NCBI RefSeq assembly: GCF_036321535.1
Contig: NC_087436.1
Span: forward strand, 118,856,001-118,920,000
Length of the DNA stretch: 64,000 nt
Reading direction: 5' to 3'
From: Camelus dromedarius
Taxonomy: Eukaryota
In this document: positions 37,773-49,047 of the stretch, piece by piece
How positions within the stretch are numbered: position 1 is the first letter of the stretch
Layout of the letters: each line of letters begins with the position of its first letter
Made by a program: the position numbers and the translations under genes
The notes under the pieces: generated by a model
What the model was told of the DNA's origin: nothing
The model's input: only the letters and a program-made list of their open reading frames with translations
The model's database searches: none

Positions 37773-37787
37773 AGGAAAGAAAGGAAG
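37684..37787 (+). repeat. (GAAA)n tetranucleotide microsatellite
   Basis: Long perfect GAAA run; source of the spurious KKER and FFLS ORFs. Confidence 0.97.
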
Positions 37788-37829
37788 AGAAAAACAGCCC
37801 AAACACACACACAAACACAAAACCAGTGA

Positions 37830-38240
37830 TGATGGAATACTACTCCGCTACTACTTAAAAAAAGAAAAAATTTTGCCACGTGCAACAACATGGGTGCACT
37901 TGGAGGGTATTATGCTAAGTGAAATGAGTCAGACAGAGAAAGACAAATGTTGCGTGTTATCACTTATATGTAGAAGCTAAAAAAGACAATAAACTTAGTC
38001 AATATAGCAAAAAAGAAGCGGACTCACAGATACAGAAAACAAACTAGTGGTTACCAGTGGCAGGGAGAGGAGGGGCAAGCGAGGGGTCGCGGAGCAGTAG
38101 GTACAAACCATTGAGTTTCACACGGGCTTGAGGATGAATTGCACACCACAGGGCAGACAGCCAGTATTTTGTAATAACTGTAAATGTAGTGTAACCTTTA
38201 AAAAATTGGATAAAAAATTAAAATTTAAGAAAAAAAAGTA
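37830..38240 (+). mobile_element. L1 3' end
   Basis: ATGGAATACTACTCCGC...GGAGGGTATTATGCTAAGTGAAATGAGTCAGACAGAGAAAGACAAAT...CAAACTAGTGGTTACCAGTGG. Confidence 0.88.
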
Positions 38241-38449
38241 CACACAACCCTCCTCACAAAAGAAAATGGTGAAATTATACTTTGCACAAGTAGTGTGAGC
38301 CGTAAGGATGTGCGGGAGCTCCAGGTCATCAGAGCCCTCCACACGGGAAGGAATTTGGATCTCCCGTTTTGAGAACAGGAACTGGACAGGGGACAGGATT
38401 CAATCCGTAACTATTAAATAGGAACTTCTGTTATCATTGGATTCATGAC

Positions 38450-41400
38450 TTCAAGATTTTACAGTGGTCAAGGAATAAAAAATAGTATAATAAACATCAT
38501 TGTATCCACCATCTAACTTCAGAAATAGAACAGTATCATGTCCTGTAAGCCACCCTCCACAATTAGTATCCATTCTTCTCAAGCCTGTGTTTATCTTTTT
38601 CCTAATTTCGTGTACATAGTATCACATTTTACTTTTTACTTGACATCAAGTGTTTAAAATTCATCCTTTATGATACATGTAACTGAACTGTGAATAGCCA
38701 TTCTGATGATTTTTTTTCTGTTTGAACAGTGCGACAAAGAACACCGGTATTCGTATTTTTGATGCACTAAGGTAAGAGATTTCTAGATCAGGGCTTCTTA
38801 ACGTCAGAACTGCTGACATTCGGGGTAGGATAATTCTTTGTAGAGGGGGCCTGTCCCTGACCCGCCCCCTACATGCCAGTAGCACCTCCCCACCTACATG
38901 TGACCACCAAACATGCCTCCAGAGAGCACCAAATGTCCTCCTGGGCAGCAAAGTTGCCCCTGGTTGAGAACTGCTATTCCAGAGTAGGTACCATAGGAAT
39001 GAAATTGCTGGGTCATGGACACGGGCATCTTCAACTTTACAAGATACTACCAAATAGTTTTGCAAAATGTTCGTGCCAGTTAATTTTCCAACCATCAGTA
39101 TACAAGAAATCCCATTCCTCCTCATTTTTGCCAACATTTGCTATTGACTGTATGTTAAGTTATTGCCAATCTGGTGAGAATGAAGTGGTGTCTCAGAGCC
39201 ATTTAACTGTGACTTTCTCTGACAGCAACTCTTGTATTTCTGGCTACTCATCCTTTATCTCAATGAATGTACCTTTTAATGTAGCTTGCCTATCGTTCTA
39301 TTGGGTGGTCCTTTTTGTATTGATTTTCAGGGATTGCTTATATTTTCTCTATCCTATTGTTTTGTTGGGCATACGTTTTGCAGGTCTATTTTTTCAGTTA
39401 AGGGCTTGTCAGTTCATATCATTATGGGTTCCTTTGGGTGAATAAAAATATTAATTTTAACATAGTGCTTTCAGTATTTTGATTTATGATTTGTGGTTTT
39501 GCATTTTGTTTAAGAAATTCTTCTGTATCTTGAGGCACTCAAAATATTCTCCCATATTCCCTTCTAAATGTTTTAAGGTTTTACTTTGTAGTTTTAGGAG
39601 TTAATGCCCCTGGAATTGGGCTTTGTGTATAGTGTCAGCTAGAGATCCTATTTCATTTTTTCCCTCATGGGGATACCATTGTCCCATCATCACTTATTTA
39701 AAACTCCATCCTTTCTCACTGCAGTGCAACCTGTGATATATATCAAGTGTCCATGTGTTCGTGGTCTGCTATTTTGTGTCATTTGTCTATCTGTCCATCT
39801 CTGTATCAATATCACACTGTCATAATTACTTTAGCTTTATAGTAAGTCTTGGTATCCGTCAAAGCTAATCCCCCAACCCCCGAATTGTTCATCTTTTTCA
39901 GGGGCATTTAAGCTATTCTTAGACCTTTGTGCTTCCATACACATTTTAGAATTAGCCTGGCAAATTTTGCAAAGAACCTTGTTGGGATTTTAATGGGAAC
40001 TGCATTAAAACTATCACACAGTTTGGAGAAATGTGACATCTTATATCAAGCCCTTCTATTGATGAATCCCTTTGTTTATTTGGGTCTTCTTAAACATCTT
40101 TCAATATGGAATGATCATTTGCTCTGTTAAAGTCTTGTCTACCTGTCAATAAATGTAGTTTTCATTTTGTTTTGCTATTGTAAATGGTATATTTCTTAAA
40201 GTGATAAATGTTCTTTGTATGATAGGTTGAAGGTTCTCAATGAGTTCATTATATAAAGCTGATTATAGTTGTGTTGCTCAAATCGTCTCTGTCTTTACGA
40301 GCTTTTATTTTTACTCTGTGGCTTATAAATTATTAAGAGGTATATTGACCCCCTCACTCATTTGGACGGCGACTATCAGAAAACTGGAAAATAACAGGTG
40401 TTAGGGAGGATGTGGAGAAACCAGAACCCTGTGCATGGTTGATAGGAATGTAAAGCAGCACAGCAACAGTGGGAAATGGTACGGTGATTCCCAAAAAATT
40501 AAACGAAGAACTACCATCTGGTCCAGCAATTTCACATCTGGATACATACCCAAAAGAAGTGAAACTAGGGCTTAACAGATATTTAGTGTCTAATGAAATC
40601 TTTTGACCATTTTTAATGGGTTTGTTTTGTTGTGAAGCTTGATACCCCCCACTACCGACTTACCTATCTATTTATTCATTCATTCTTTCATTCATTCATT
40701 TACATAATCATATAATTTCTCCTCGTCTATAGTTTGTCTTTTCACTGTTTTAACAACCTCTCATGTTTTTGGTATTGTGTCTAAGATCTATGCCCAACCC
40801 CAAACTGCAACAATTTTCTCCTATGTTTTCTCCTGGAATTTTTATAATTTTAATTTTTATTTAGGTCTATGATCCATTTTGAGGTAATTTCCATATGTGG
40901 TTCAAGGTATGGATCAAAACTCATTTTTATATAGATATCCAATTGCTCTAGCATCATTTATTGAAAAGACCGTGTCCTTTCTCTACAGAATTTTCTTTGC
41001 ACGTTTGTCAAAACTCAATTGACCACATAACGTGTGGATCTATTTCTGGAGTATATTCTGTTCCATTGACCTATTTCTCTGTCTTTGATGCCAATATCAC
41101 ACTTAGTGATAAGACTTTATAATGAATCCTGAAAATCCAAGCAGTGTAGATCTTGCAACTTTGCTCTTCTTTTGATGTAATATTTCCTCTGGCTACTTTT
41201 AAGATTATCCTTTTTATTACTGATTTTCAGCAATTTGATTATGATATGCATTGGGGTATGTGTTTGTATGTAGGATGCTTGGGGTTTGTTAAGCTTTTTC
41301 AATCTTTCTGTTTATAACTTTCATCCAAATTCAGATATTTTGGGTCATTATTTCTTCAAATATTATTTCGTGCTATATCTCTTCCAATACTCCAATTATA

Positions 41401-42370
41401 TAGCCCCTTGGTGTCCCACAAGTCCCTAAGGCTTCTTCTTCTTTTTTTTTTTCTTCAGCTTTTCCCCCCCTTACTTCAGTTTGGATCATTTCTGTTACTA
41501 TATTGTCATGCTTGCTATTCATTTTCTGCAGTGTCTAATCTTCTGGAAAGTTATCCAATGAATTTTTATTTCTGGCATAGCATATTTCAGTTCTAGAAGT
41601 CTCATTTGGTTCTCTGTTTCATCCTACTTTATCCGTTAATTGATTTCATGTTTTTCTCTGCATCCTTAAGCATATTAACAATAGCTTCTCAAAAGCCCTT
41701 GAATGCCAATTTCATCATCTGTCATCTCTGGGTCTCTTTCTATTGACTTATTTTTTTCTAGTTATGTTCACATCTTCATGGGTCTTCATTTGTCTAGTAA
41801 TTTTTGACTGGATGTTATTTTGCTGAGTGTGTAGTGTTGTTTTCTTCCTCTAAAAAATGTTTAGCTTTCTTCTGTCAGTTAATTTACTTGCAGACCAGTT
41901 TGATGCTTTTGAAGTTTACCTCTGTTAGGTTGGGTCCTAGGGCTGCTTTCATATTAATGTTAGATGAGACTTATTCCTAAGGTATGGCCATTCTGGGGTC
42001 TCTACTGAATGACCTGGGTGTTAGTAAGACTTTCCAACATGACTGATCAAAGCTCAAATGTCTCCCAGCCCTTTGAGAAATCTAGTACTTACTTGATTTT
42101 TATCTCAAGAAGTTTCATCTGATATATGACAGGCTTAGTATTCATCCATAGACACAAGAGAACCCTTCTACAGAGTCCTAGAGTTTTCTCTGCAGTCTTC
42201 TCATGTCTGGTTCTCTGCGTTTCAAGTCCCAGCCACTTGGTTTCCCTCCTTTCTCTTTCGCTCCCCAGCTCAGCAAATGCACACTCTGCTTTGGTCGCAC
42301 TTCCTTCCATCACAGTTGAGGAAGACCCTCCAGGCAGGAAGCTAGGTTATCACAGAGTTCCCTTATCTGC
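38450..42370 (-). mobile_element. Block of old, mostly antisense L1 fragments (with a sense L1 piece at ~40370-40585)
   Basis: AT-rich; L1 motifs such as GAAATTGCTGGGTCAT, TTTTAGAATTAGCCTGGCAAATT and TTTATTGAAAAGAC; ORF1-like MHIIIKLLKISNKKDNLKSS at 41117..41302(-). Confidence 0.85.
38788..38978. mobile_element. MER20 DNA transposon nested in L1
   Basis: CAGGGCTTCTTAACGTCAGAACTGCTGACATT...GGATAATTCTTTGT...GCCCCTGGTTGAGAACTGCT, with TCTAGA-like flanks. Confidence 0.85.
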
Positions 42371-42589
42371 TTCTCTTCCTTCAGGGATAAGACTGAGTTG
42401 AGCAGCTGTGTGGAGAGGTAGAAGGAGCTTCACTTGCATAAGCCACTTTCCCTCTCCGGGACTCAGTTTCCTCCACTGGCAAAGGAAGGGCTGGCACGCA
42501 AAATCTCTGGGCTCCTTTCCTGCTCTGGAGTCCCAGCCCAGGTTGGCTCAGCACTGACTTCCTTGTAAGCGTGGACACCAGTGGTAGGA

Positions 42590-43090
42590 GCAGCTATTCA
42601 TGACATTAGCCACAAAATACATACCAGGTGTGGCACTCAACAAATCTCATTTATCTCTCACAGCATCTCATTTAATCCTCAAACATCCCTGTGATGCTAT
42701 TAATACTATCTTTATTCTATAGAGGAAGAAACTGAGGAACAGAGAGTTTTAGTGACTTATTTGTTGAAGCCATTGGTTGGTGAAAACTAAAAACAAGGCA
42801 ATGGAATGGGGAGCTTTGGGGAGTATGAAAAGACCAAATTATGTTTTTACAGTTATTGCTCATTACCCTTGATACGTGCATAAGAACTCAGAAATCTAAC
42901 ACATTTTTGAGTGCCTCCGATGTACTTTAGAAGTATTAACTCATTTATCCTCCAACCGTCCTATCTAATAGGCACTATTATTATCCCCACTTCACAGATG
43001 AAAAGAGTGAGGCCCAGAGAGGTGAAGAACCAGCCTAAAGTCACCTAGCAGGGATAGACTGGTGAACACTGACCGTCTGGCTCCGGGAAC
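42590..43090 (-). mobile_element. Two MIR SINEs
   Basis: TCTCATTTAATCCTC...GAGGAAGAAACTGAGG and ATTATCCCCACTTCACAGATGAAAAGAGTGAGGCCCAGAGAGGTGAAG. Confidence 0.8.
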
Positions 43091-43429
43091 CGTGGCTTCT
43101 TGTAGGCAACCTAAAAATTACGCACAGTGTGTTAAATAAGTCCATGATTGCCTTCGGGTCACCTACCACAAACTGGAAGGGGATATGTGAACACGGAAAT
43201 GTTGCTGTTGCCATTGGAAAGGTGGGTGGAGCTTGTGGCTATTTTTAAATGTTTAGAATTATCTTTGAAAGTATATTTTGAATTCTTTTAACGTAAAAGA
43301 GGCACTCCAATGGTTAACAGGTGGTTGGCTTTCAGATGGTGGATTCCGGGAGAAGGGCTGCTCTGAATTGTCTGATTTCGCCACAGTGCTAATGGTATTA
43401 TTTATTCCTGTGTGATGTGAAAGTACGGA

Positions 43430-44400
43430 GACGTATAAACATGCACCCTTATGTAACCGAGGAGGCGGGTGGACGAACCCGCTGCGCCAGAAGCGTGGGC
43501 GCGGACTCGGGACCAGGCCGCCCCGTCCGCCACCCCGCCCACTTCTCCGCCCCTCCCGCTCTGGCCCCGCCCAGTCCCTGGCTACTCGGAAAACATGGAG
43601 CCGGGAGCGCTGTGCGCGGGGGAACTCTCGCCCCAAGCCCCTGCCTAAGTCCCGGGGGCACGACGCGGTCCAGGGCGGACTAAGCCAGCGCCCGGGATAC
43701 CTGCAGCCGCGCTGGGAGCGAAGGCTCCAGAGGGCCCGCCCACGGCACGCGGGGCGGGGTGGAGCGGAAACCGAACACAGGGCCGGGTCTGAGCAGCCGG
43801 CGCGGGGCGGAGCAGCCGGCGCCTGGCGGCGGCCCCGGGCTGGCGACATGCAGCGGGGCAGCGTCCAGGCTGAGGATCAGTGTCTGGACTTGCAGCCCTT
43901 CCCCTCTGTCGCGCGCTGCCCGCTCCACGGGAGTATCGTGGTCGTCCTCGGGACCGGGTGGGCACCCTCGGGTGCAGCCCAGCCCCGCGGCGCAGGTGCT
44001 AACGCCGGGGGCGGTGCCCAGGTCCTGGCACGTGACTAGGGCCTGTGCCCGGGCCGGTCCGCTTCCCGCTCGTCCCTCGGAGCAAGTGCCATCTGCCCGC
44101 CCCCCTACCCACCGCTGTCCCCGCCCTGGCGCGTGTGACCTCTCCACGCGGCTCGAGCGGGCCTGGCGCTGTCCGTGGCCACCAGTGCTGAAGGAAGTGC
44201 GGCCCGGCCTCCCCAGCCGGCCTGGGATTCCTGCCCGCCGCTGCAGTCACCGGCCAACGCTGGCGACTACAGCGGGCGACTCTGGTCTTAAGAGCTGTAG
44301 CGTTGTGGGGTACTTGGGCCGCTCGGCTCAGCGAACTCGGAGTCAGCTGTCCCATGTAACGCCCACAGCGACCTGGGGCGGGGACTGTCTCAGCTCCACA
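43430..44400 (+). promoter_or_regulatory. CpG island promoter heading the plus-strand decayed gene
   Basis: Dense CpG; GC boxes near 43533, 43564, 43751 and 43804; E-box CACGTGAC at ~44029; X-box-like GTTGCCATTGGAAA at ~43207 just upstream. Confidence 0.88.
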
Positions 44401-46734
44401 GTGAGACACACGGCATTCAGTGACTTGAAGGCGGCCCTGCAGGTCGCTAGGGGCATAACCAGGATTCAAGCCCAGGTCGGTGGGTGTCAGAAGTTCAGCG
44501 TCAACCGTGCAGATCTTGAAATTGACACTGGAAATATTCAGGTCTCTGTCTACAACCTTCCTTTATGCAGAAAATTCTGCTTCCTGACCTCTTATGATAA
44601 TTTAGTGAAAATTCCTGTAATTTGTTCCTGGCTAGTGTGTTTCTGTTACTTGAGGGCAGGTGGCATTTTGGCCTATGAAGACTGTGTTCTCACGTTCCAA
44701 TGCAGACTTTGCTGACATTAGAATACCAGTGGTTCTTGGCTACAGCCTCCTTCCTGGGAGCCAGACACTGCAAAAACCATGCCCCATCTTACAACTGAGA
44801 AAACTGAGGACTGAGAGATGACGTGGTTAACAGGTGGCAGAGCTGGCTCTGAGGCTGTACCTTCTAACTGAGGCGTAGGAGTGACCACTGCACTTTCCAG
44901 CCAGTGGAGAGGCCAGGGCCCCAGAGCAGGCACCAGTTGTCTCTGGATTGGAGATCTTGAGCAAGTCATAGAACATTCCAGAGCCTCAATATTAGGCAAA
45001 GCAATCACCATGGCTTTTGCCCTCCAAGAAACTAGGACTTGGTGTTGACCTAGAGCTCCCTGCAGGCTGCATTGTCAGCCACTGCTGTTTCTGCAGCTGC
45101 TGTCTGGGGCCCAGCACTCTCTCTGACCCTGGTCCTAAAGTCTGTCCACTGAATGAATCAATCAGCTGAGAGTTGTCCCTCAAATAGTCTCCTCCTTGCT
45201 GTGTGTGGACACTTGGGAAAGGGGGAAGCCAAGGCAGGGGAGATTTGGGGCTGAGCCCAGTTGAGTGAGGGCATCTGAAGTTGGGCTGTACTGGACACAA
45301 GAGGATTTCTGCTTTTTGCTGCGATGGCTGGGTAGATGGAAAGAGTAGGCAACCGAAGGTTTGGTCCCATCTGCCCTGCCTTGCTGCAGATGCTTGGGAA
45401 GGTCACTGACCTCTCTGAACTTCTTTCTCCACCTGCGGATGTCACCATGGTAATCAGAGTCATGCTGAAGATTAAATGGGGTGATAGGCATAAAGGGTCT
45501 GATTTATCATCTGTTTTGATCACCACCTTTTGGAGCCAGTTATATCAGCTGGATGAGTGTGAGGCTGGACAAGATATTAGGGACCAGCCTCCTGGAGCTT
45601 CAACTACCAGGTTAGGGGGCCTGGACTTCATGCTGAAGTCAAGGGGAGCCAGAGAGGGATGTGAACACAGAGGAAGGTTGTGGGACTCTTGCCTGTGGTC
45701 TGAGAGGCAAGGATTCCTGGGAGGAAGGTGAGTCCTATGCAGCTGGTGAGCATGAAATCGGTCCAGCCCCATGGAGGGGTGTGTGCCAGCCAGGGTCCAT
45801 CTGATTTACAAACACACATGCCCTTTGACCCAGCAACTCACTTTCTAGGGAGCCCACTACCTGCATGAAATGCTGTGTGTGCAAGACCAGTGATAATCTA
45901 CATCTGTTAATAGGGGCTGCTAAATGCACTGTGGCCCATCCACACAGAGGAATTCAATGTCCCCTTCACTAAAAAATGCAGTGGTTCTAAGTGGGCTAGT
46001 ACAGAAAGAACCCAAAGACATAGTCAACGAAAGAAGTAAATTAAGTGCAGTGCAACTAGCTTGCCATTGTGTGGGGGACAGAAACATTTGTAAAGGCACA
46101 GACTAGCTCTGAAAGGGTGAGTGAAGAGCCCCTTAGCCGGTTCCCTCCAGGGAGGGGACTGGGTGCTAGAGGATCAGGGAGGGGCTCTATCTACCTTTTA
46201 CCATCAGCTGTGGGTACCCCCAAGTTCTGAGCCATATCCATGACTTGTAATTCAAAACAAAAATACCATTTAAAACATAAGAACAGTCCTAGTGTTGGAT
46301 TACAAGGCATGAACCAGGCTTGGCCATGTGGACACAGGCCAAGGAAAATTCTAGAACTCTAGGTTTTGTCATCACTATTTGGCACATTTCCTCTTCCCAG
46401 GAAGCTGAGGGGAAGGTCAATGGATTTTTTCCTGCCTTTTCTCACTCTCAGACAAGTCAGTGTTTGGAGCTGTTTGGCAGGGGGCATAAAAAATACTTAA
46501 CAGGATACTGATGGGATCACACTTGAGGATGGTAACTTGAAAGTTGTTACCTCCCCCTCTGAGTGAGAAACCACAGCCAAGGCAAGTTGAAGGAGGAGGA
46601 CAGACCCCTGGGCTGGCATTCAAGAGACCTGGGTTCAAGACCTTACCTGGCCTTTCCCACCTGTGTGAGTCTAGTGATTCTCTGGAATCCCTCTGCTTTC
46701 CTGCACCTCAGTTTCCCCATCTAGAGACAGGCAC

Positions 46735-46747
46735 ATGTGCGTGTGTG

Positions 46748-46786
<39 letters not shown>
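46735..46786 (+). repeat. (TG)n microsatellite
   Basis: Read directly. Confidence 0.95.
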
Positions 46787-46788
<2 letters not shown>

Positions 46789-47645
46789 GTAGGTAGGAGA
46801 AGGTATGATTGTGCATGCATCTAATAGATCTGGGCTATGCAGTGTCCCATTCCCACCTCCCTACCATCTGTGAAATGGGATCATAATTACCATCCTGCCT
46901 CCTTCATGGGGGATGATTTGACCACAGTCAACGTTCTCAGCATTCTCAAAGGGTAGATTTCTGTAAATGCACTAATTTAAAATGCCACTAAATTAACGGT
47001 GACATTACCAAGCACCTACCAAGGGCTATTTGCTGCTCTGAGGGCTCTACAAGTTTTAGTCTAATCCCCCAGCCTCAGAGTGTAAATTCCAGGGGGAATG
47101 GATATCTTCTGCATACTGTTGCCTGTTGTGCCAAGCATTAGTAGGCATCTTGTAAATACCTGTAGCGTGAATAGGACTTTCAACAACTCTGTGAAGTCAG
47201 TTTGAAGTTTGCCCTAACGTGTGGAGAGGAAGCCGTGGTACCTGCAGGTCAAGTGTGTTGTTGATGACATGAAGCTAACTCATGGGAACTGGAACCGTGA
47301 TGGTCTGGGTCCAGAGCCCACGCTTCTAACCATGACGTTCTCTGGGCAAGTGTCTGTGAGCCAGGTCCAACAGAGCAGGGCTTGAGGGACGGCCCTCGGC
47401 TCTCAGTTGTCCTCCTCACTGGGGAGCAACTTGTTTTGTGCATCACCCCCCCCCACCGTGTAGTTACCATTCATGCCCCAGAGAAATGACCACCTACTCA
47501 GGTCCCAGGCATTTGCTGTCACTTGTAGGCATTTGAAAATACAAACGTCACATCGCAGAGTGCCTGTGCTGGATGGACTCTAGGAATAGTGGTGATTTCA
47601 ATATCTCTGACCTTATGTGGCCATTTCTTCCTGTTTTTATGCCAG

Positions 47646-47802
47646 AAGAACCCCTTCTCCCACCTCTGAATGTGACAGGCGGCTTACTACCTGGGAGCTC
47701 CATAATCCAGACCTGCTGCTGGGACCTGGTGTCTCACCCATGCAGCACATTGTGTTGGCTGACCTGGGGGACCCGAAGGAGCAGGACTTGGAGGAGCCAA
47801 AG
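47646..47802 (+). pseudogene. Exon remnant with a GC-AG donor
   Basis: Branch-like TCTGAC, tract tttcttcctgtttttatgccag|, donor AAG|GCAAGT; two frames open (..MQHIVLADLGDPKEQDLEEPK and EEPLLPPLNVTGG..TWRSQR). Confidence 0.6.
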
Positions 47803-47849
47803 GCAAGTGTGGTCCAGGCCAGGCACGGAGGGCCTCACGCGCTGCACTG

Positions 47850-48460
47850 GCATCATAACATATGTGATTAGAGCTGTGTGTTTAGCATGTTCTGTGCTCC
47901 AAGCTCTGGGCTGGCACTCCTGTGCCTTGTCTCTTCAGACCCTCTCAGCCCGGCGAAGTTGGTATTTTTATCCCTGTTTTTCAATGGGAATAAAATGGAG
48001 GTGCAGAGAAGTCAAGGAACTTGCCTGTCAAGGGTAAGTCAAGGGTCACTTGGTAAACGGCAAAGCAGGATTTGATCTCAAAGAGTCTGGCTCCTGGACC
48101 TAACCATTCCAGGAAACGTGGGGTTCCTGGTGGAGGTTCTCCGATGAGGTGAGCAGTTCTCACCTGGGGGAGGATGGACGACCCCAGTCTATTGTCTGTG
48201 TGGGAAAAGCAGCTGGTGAGGAGTGGAGGGCACAGTGGCAGCTCAGTGGGAAGAAGGTGGGCTTTGGAAGAGTACAGATGGGTATTGGAACCCCAGCTTT
48301 GCCACCTTCTAGCTGTGACACTTTGTGCAAGGCATGTTAACCCTTTGAGCCTCAGTTCCTTCTTGATAAAATGGGGATAACATTGCCTCACTTTAAAGGA
48401 ATTTCTGAAGACTAAATAACTCTTACCAAAAGATCTGGTCCCTAACAGGTACACAAGAAA
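47850..48460. mobile_element. MIR SINEs in both orientations (~47850-48100 and ~48260-48460)
   Basis: GAGGTGCAGAGAAGTCAAGGAACTTGCC and TTGAGCCTCAGTTCCTTCTTGATAAAATGGGGATAA cores. Confidence 0.75.
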
Positions 48461-48549
48461 AGTTCTTTCCTTTTTACCTTATTGTTGTAAAAGTTCCTTG
48501 AGAGATGAGCAAGACTGATAAGAAATACCAAAAAGAAGCAGTAACCCTC

Positions 48550-49047
48550 TGTATCAGTTAGGATCAGGCTCAGCTGCACATGACAAAAACCTCCCCAAAT
48601 AATAGTGATTAAGACAAGATAGAGGTTTGTTTCATTCTCATGTGAATGATGCCTGAAGGTAGGTGGTTCAGGGCTGGTGTGGAGATATCACAATCAGTAG
48701 GGACTCAGACTCCTTCCATCTCATTGCTCTGCTAATTTTAGCATGCTGCCTCATGGTCCAAGGTGGCTGCTTGAGCACCAGTCCTCATGCCTGCATTCCA
48801 ACCAGCCTGAAGAAGGAAGAGGTTTAAAAAAAGACTCCTCCCTTTAATGAATATGTTCTGGAAGTTGCATATTATAGTTTACTTTTAATGGCCAGAACTT
48901 AGTCATATGGTCCCACCTGGCTACAAGGGAGGCTGAGAAACATACTTATTCCAGGTAGCCTTGCCCAGCAGAAAGTCAGGATCAATTCTTAATGAAGAAG
49001 GGCAAAATGGATACTGGGGAGAGGACTGGCAGTGTCTTCTGTGCCAC
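48550..49047 (-). mobile_element. MLT1J-like MaLR LTR
   Basis: TGTATCAGTTAGGATCAGGCTCAGCTGC...CATGGTCCAAGGTGGCTGCT...TGGCCAGAACTTAGTCATATGG. Confidence 0.8.

Noticed and set aside
37464..37980. Lys/Glu/Arg-rich and Phe/Leu/Ser-rich ORFs
   Set aside because: Translations of the (GAAA)n microsatellite and flanking L1.
43759..44715. Longest ORF in the track (318 aa) as a single-exon gene
   Set aside because: It has a non-ATG start and is the Ala/Arg/Pro/Gly-rich product typical of stop-poor CpG islands; it runs through a MIR-like stretch near 44390-44475 and has no recognisable domain.
44660..44790. Possible second zinc finger (FQCRLC...FLGARHCKN)
   Set aside because: It needs at least two frameshifts, has no good donor, and the His-containing half overlaps MIR-like sequence (GCCAGACACTG...CCCCATCTTACAACTGAGAAAACTGAGG). 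Left out of the exon chain.
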